From Ministeria vibrans ATCC 50519 (lineage: Eukaryota > Protista > Filasterea): a DNA stretch of 51,136 nucleotides. The first letter of the stretch is position 1, and every line of letters begins with the position of its first letter. The notes under the pieces were generated by a model. The model saw only the letters and a list, made by a program, of their open reading frames with translations, searched no databases and was not told the origin of the DNA. This document shows positions 49,820-51,136 of the stretch, one piece after another. Location of the stretch: the NCBI GenBank assembly GCA_943704425.1, contig CALSCP010000038.1, positions 1 through 51,136 of the forward strand. The letters run 5' to 3'. The translations under genes and the position numbers were made by a program.

Positions 49820-51018
49820 TCAAGGACCATCTTCATCGTCCGTGGCCAGCCCCGTGTCCAGCACTCGCGTCTCGCCCGGATCGTACACCACTGCGCCCAC
49901 TCGCTGTTGCGGCTCTGCACTGAGTTTGCTGAAAATGTGTTGAATCTCCTCGATGGTTTTGCCCTTTGTTTCGGGCAAAAAGAACACTCCAAACAGGGCA
50001 AAAGCAACATTGAACGCGGCACACAAGAAGAACGTGTAGTCGCCCAGACTGCTCTGCATCGATGGGAAGCTGATGCCCACGATGAAGTTGGCAATCCAGT
50101 TGACTGCAACGCACACCGACATGGCTCCTTCGCGCACCTCCAACCCAAAGATTTCCGACATCTATAAAAAAACATGGAGAATATGTTACGTCTTGGCTGT
50201 TTTGATAAATAATGACACATAGATTTTGCTCTGGGAGTTGTTTTTAGGGTTAAGGTTGTAATTAGGGTTAATGGTTGTCATTGAAGCTAGAGTTAGGGTT
50301 ACCAATAGCCAAGGAACTGGGCCGGGACCCAATGCAAAGAAGACCACCACGCACACCACCATAATAATCGCCAGAGTCGACATTCCCGCATTTTCCTTAA
50401 AAATGAAGGTAAACGCAAGTACGAAGAAAGACAAAGCCATTCCTAACAGAAGAAAAAGAGCAAAACATCAATGTGAGTGCATAAAAGATGTCATTTTGAT
50501 GTGTACCAGCATGACCAATAATAGTCAGGGCTTTGCGACCAGTGCGGTCCATCAGCTGAGTGACGAGCAGCGTAACAACGACATTGACTCCGCCAATACC
50601 CGCAGTGGCAATTGAGGGGTTCTTCACTCCCGCAGACGCAAACACCTGTCACACAAATTGTATCAAACAGAAAGAAAGAGAAAGAAAAACAGAGAGAGAA
50701 ATAAACAGTGAGTGAGCAAGAGATCAACAAAAAGTGAGTACGAAAGAGTAAGCGAGTCAACAAATGATGATTCGATGTAACATACAGTGAGTTTATATGA
50801 GTATACGAATATATAATTTAAGTATTTTAAGTCTAACACACAAAATGTACTCTCTCTCTATCTCTCTGTGTTACCTGTGATGAGTAGTAGAACACCGCAT
50901 TGATATAGCTGAGCTGCTGGCCGAGTTGCGCGACAATAGCGACAAGAAGAGCACGGCGGAAGGCCGGTTGAAGCAGCACACGCAGTGAGGTGGTCCCACT
51001 GCGGTTTTGTTGGTCTGT
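49820..51018 (-). CDS. MFS sugar porter (GLUT/SLC2A-like), C-terminal half; 5' part beyond window
   Basis: GQQLSYINAVFYYS, DRTGRK, FALGPGPVPWLL|MSEIF, NWIANF and LPETKGKTIEEI. Confidence 0.92.
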
Positions 51019-51030
51019 AGGCGTGGAAAA

Positions 51031-51136
<106 letters not shown>

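Overview
Eukaryotic, gene-dense nuclear DNA with many short GT-AG introns, standard genetic code and one 10-N gap. Gene content (tyrosine-kinase-like receptor, CD63-like tetraspanin, ERLIN, 9-BRCT TOPBP1, WDR13-like) suggests a unicellular holozoan or related protist; this is inference only. The left ~3.7 kb is an accessory zone. It holds an apparently intact THAP-HTH-DDE transposase of ISL2EU/PIF-Harbinger type, missed by the ORF track because it runs off the window edge. It also holds a decayed ankyrin array with an internal inversion, a short duplicated element, and a decayed EGF-repeat plus TM remnant; on the minus strand these read EGF-TM-ANK, a Notch-like order. The rest is about 19 host genes: ilvD, EFG1, tetraspanin, PYM1, CHK2, WDR13-like, GH2 glycosidase, DDX52, BAR protein, thioredoxin, SUN protein, TOPBP1, ERLIN, acyl-CoA oxidase, a small Cys-rich secreted protein, a Kelch-EGF receptor pseudokinase, ESD, PEX6, an atypical kinesin, plus a partial GLUT-type transporter. 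All exon joins were deduced by eye and all family calls come from remembered motifs, with no database search.
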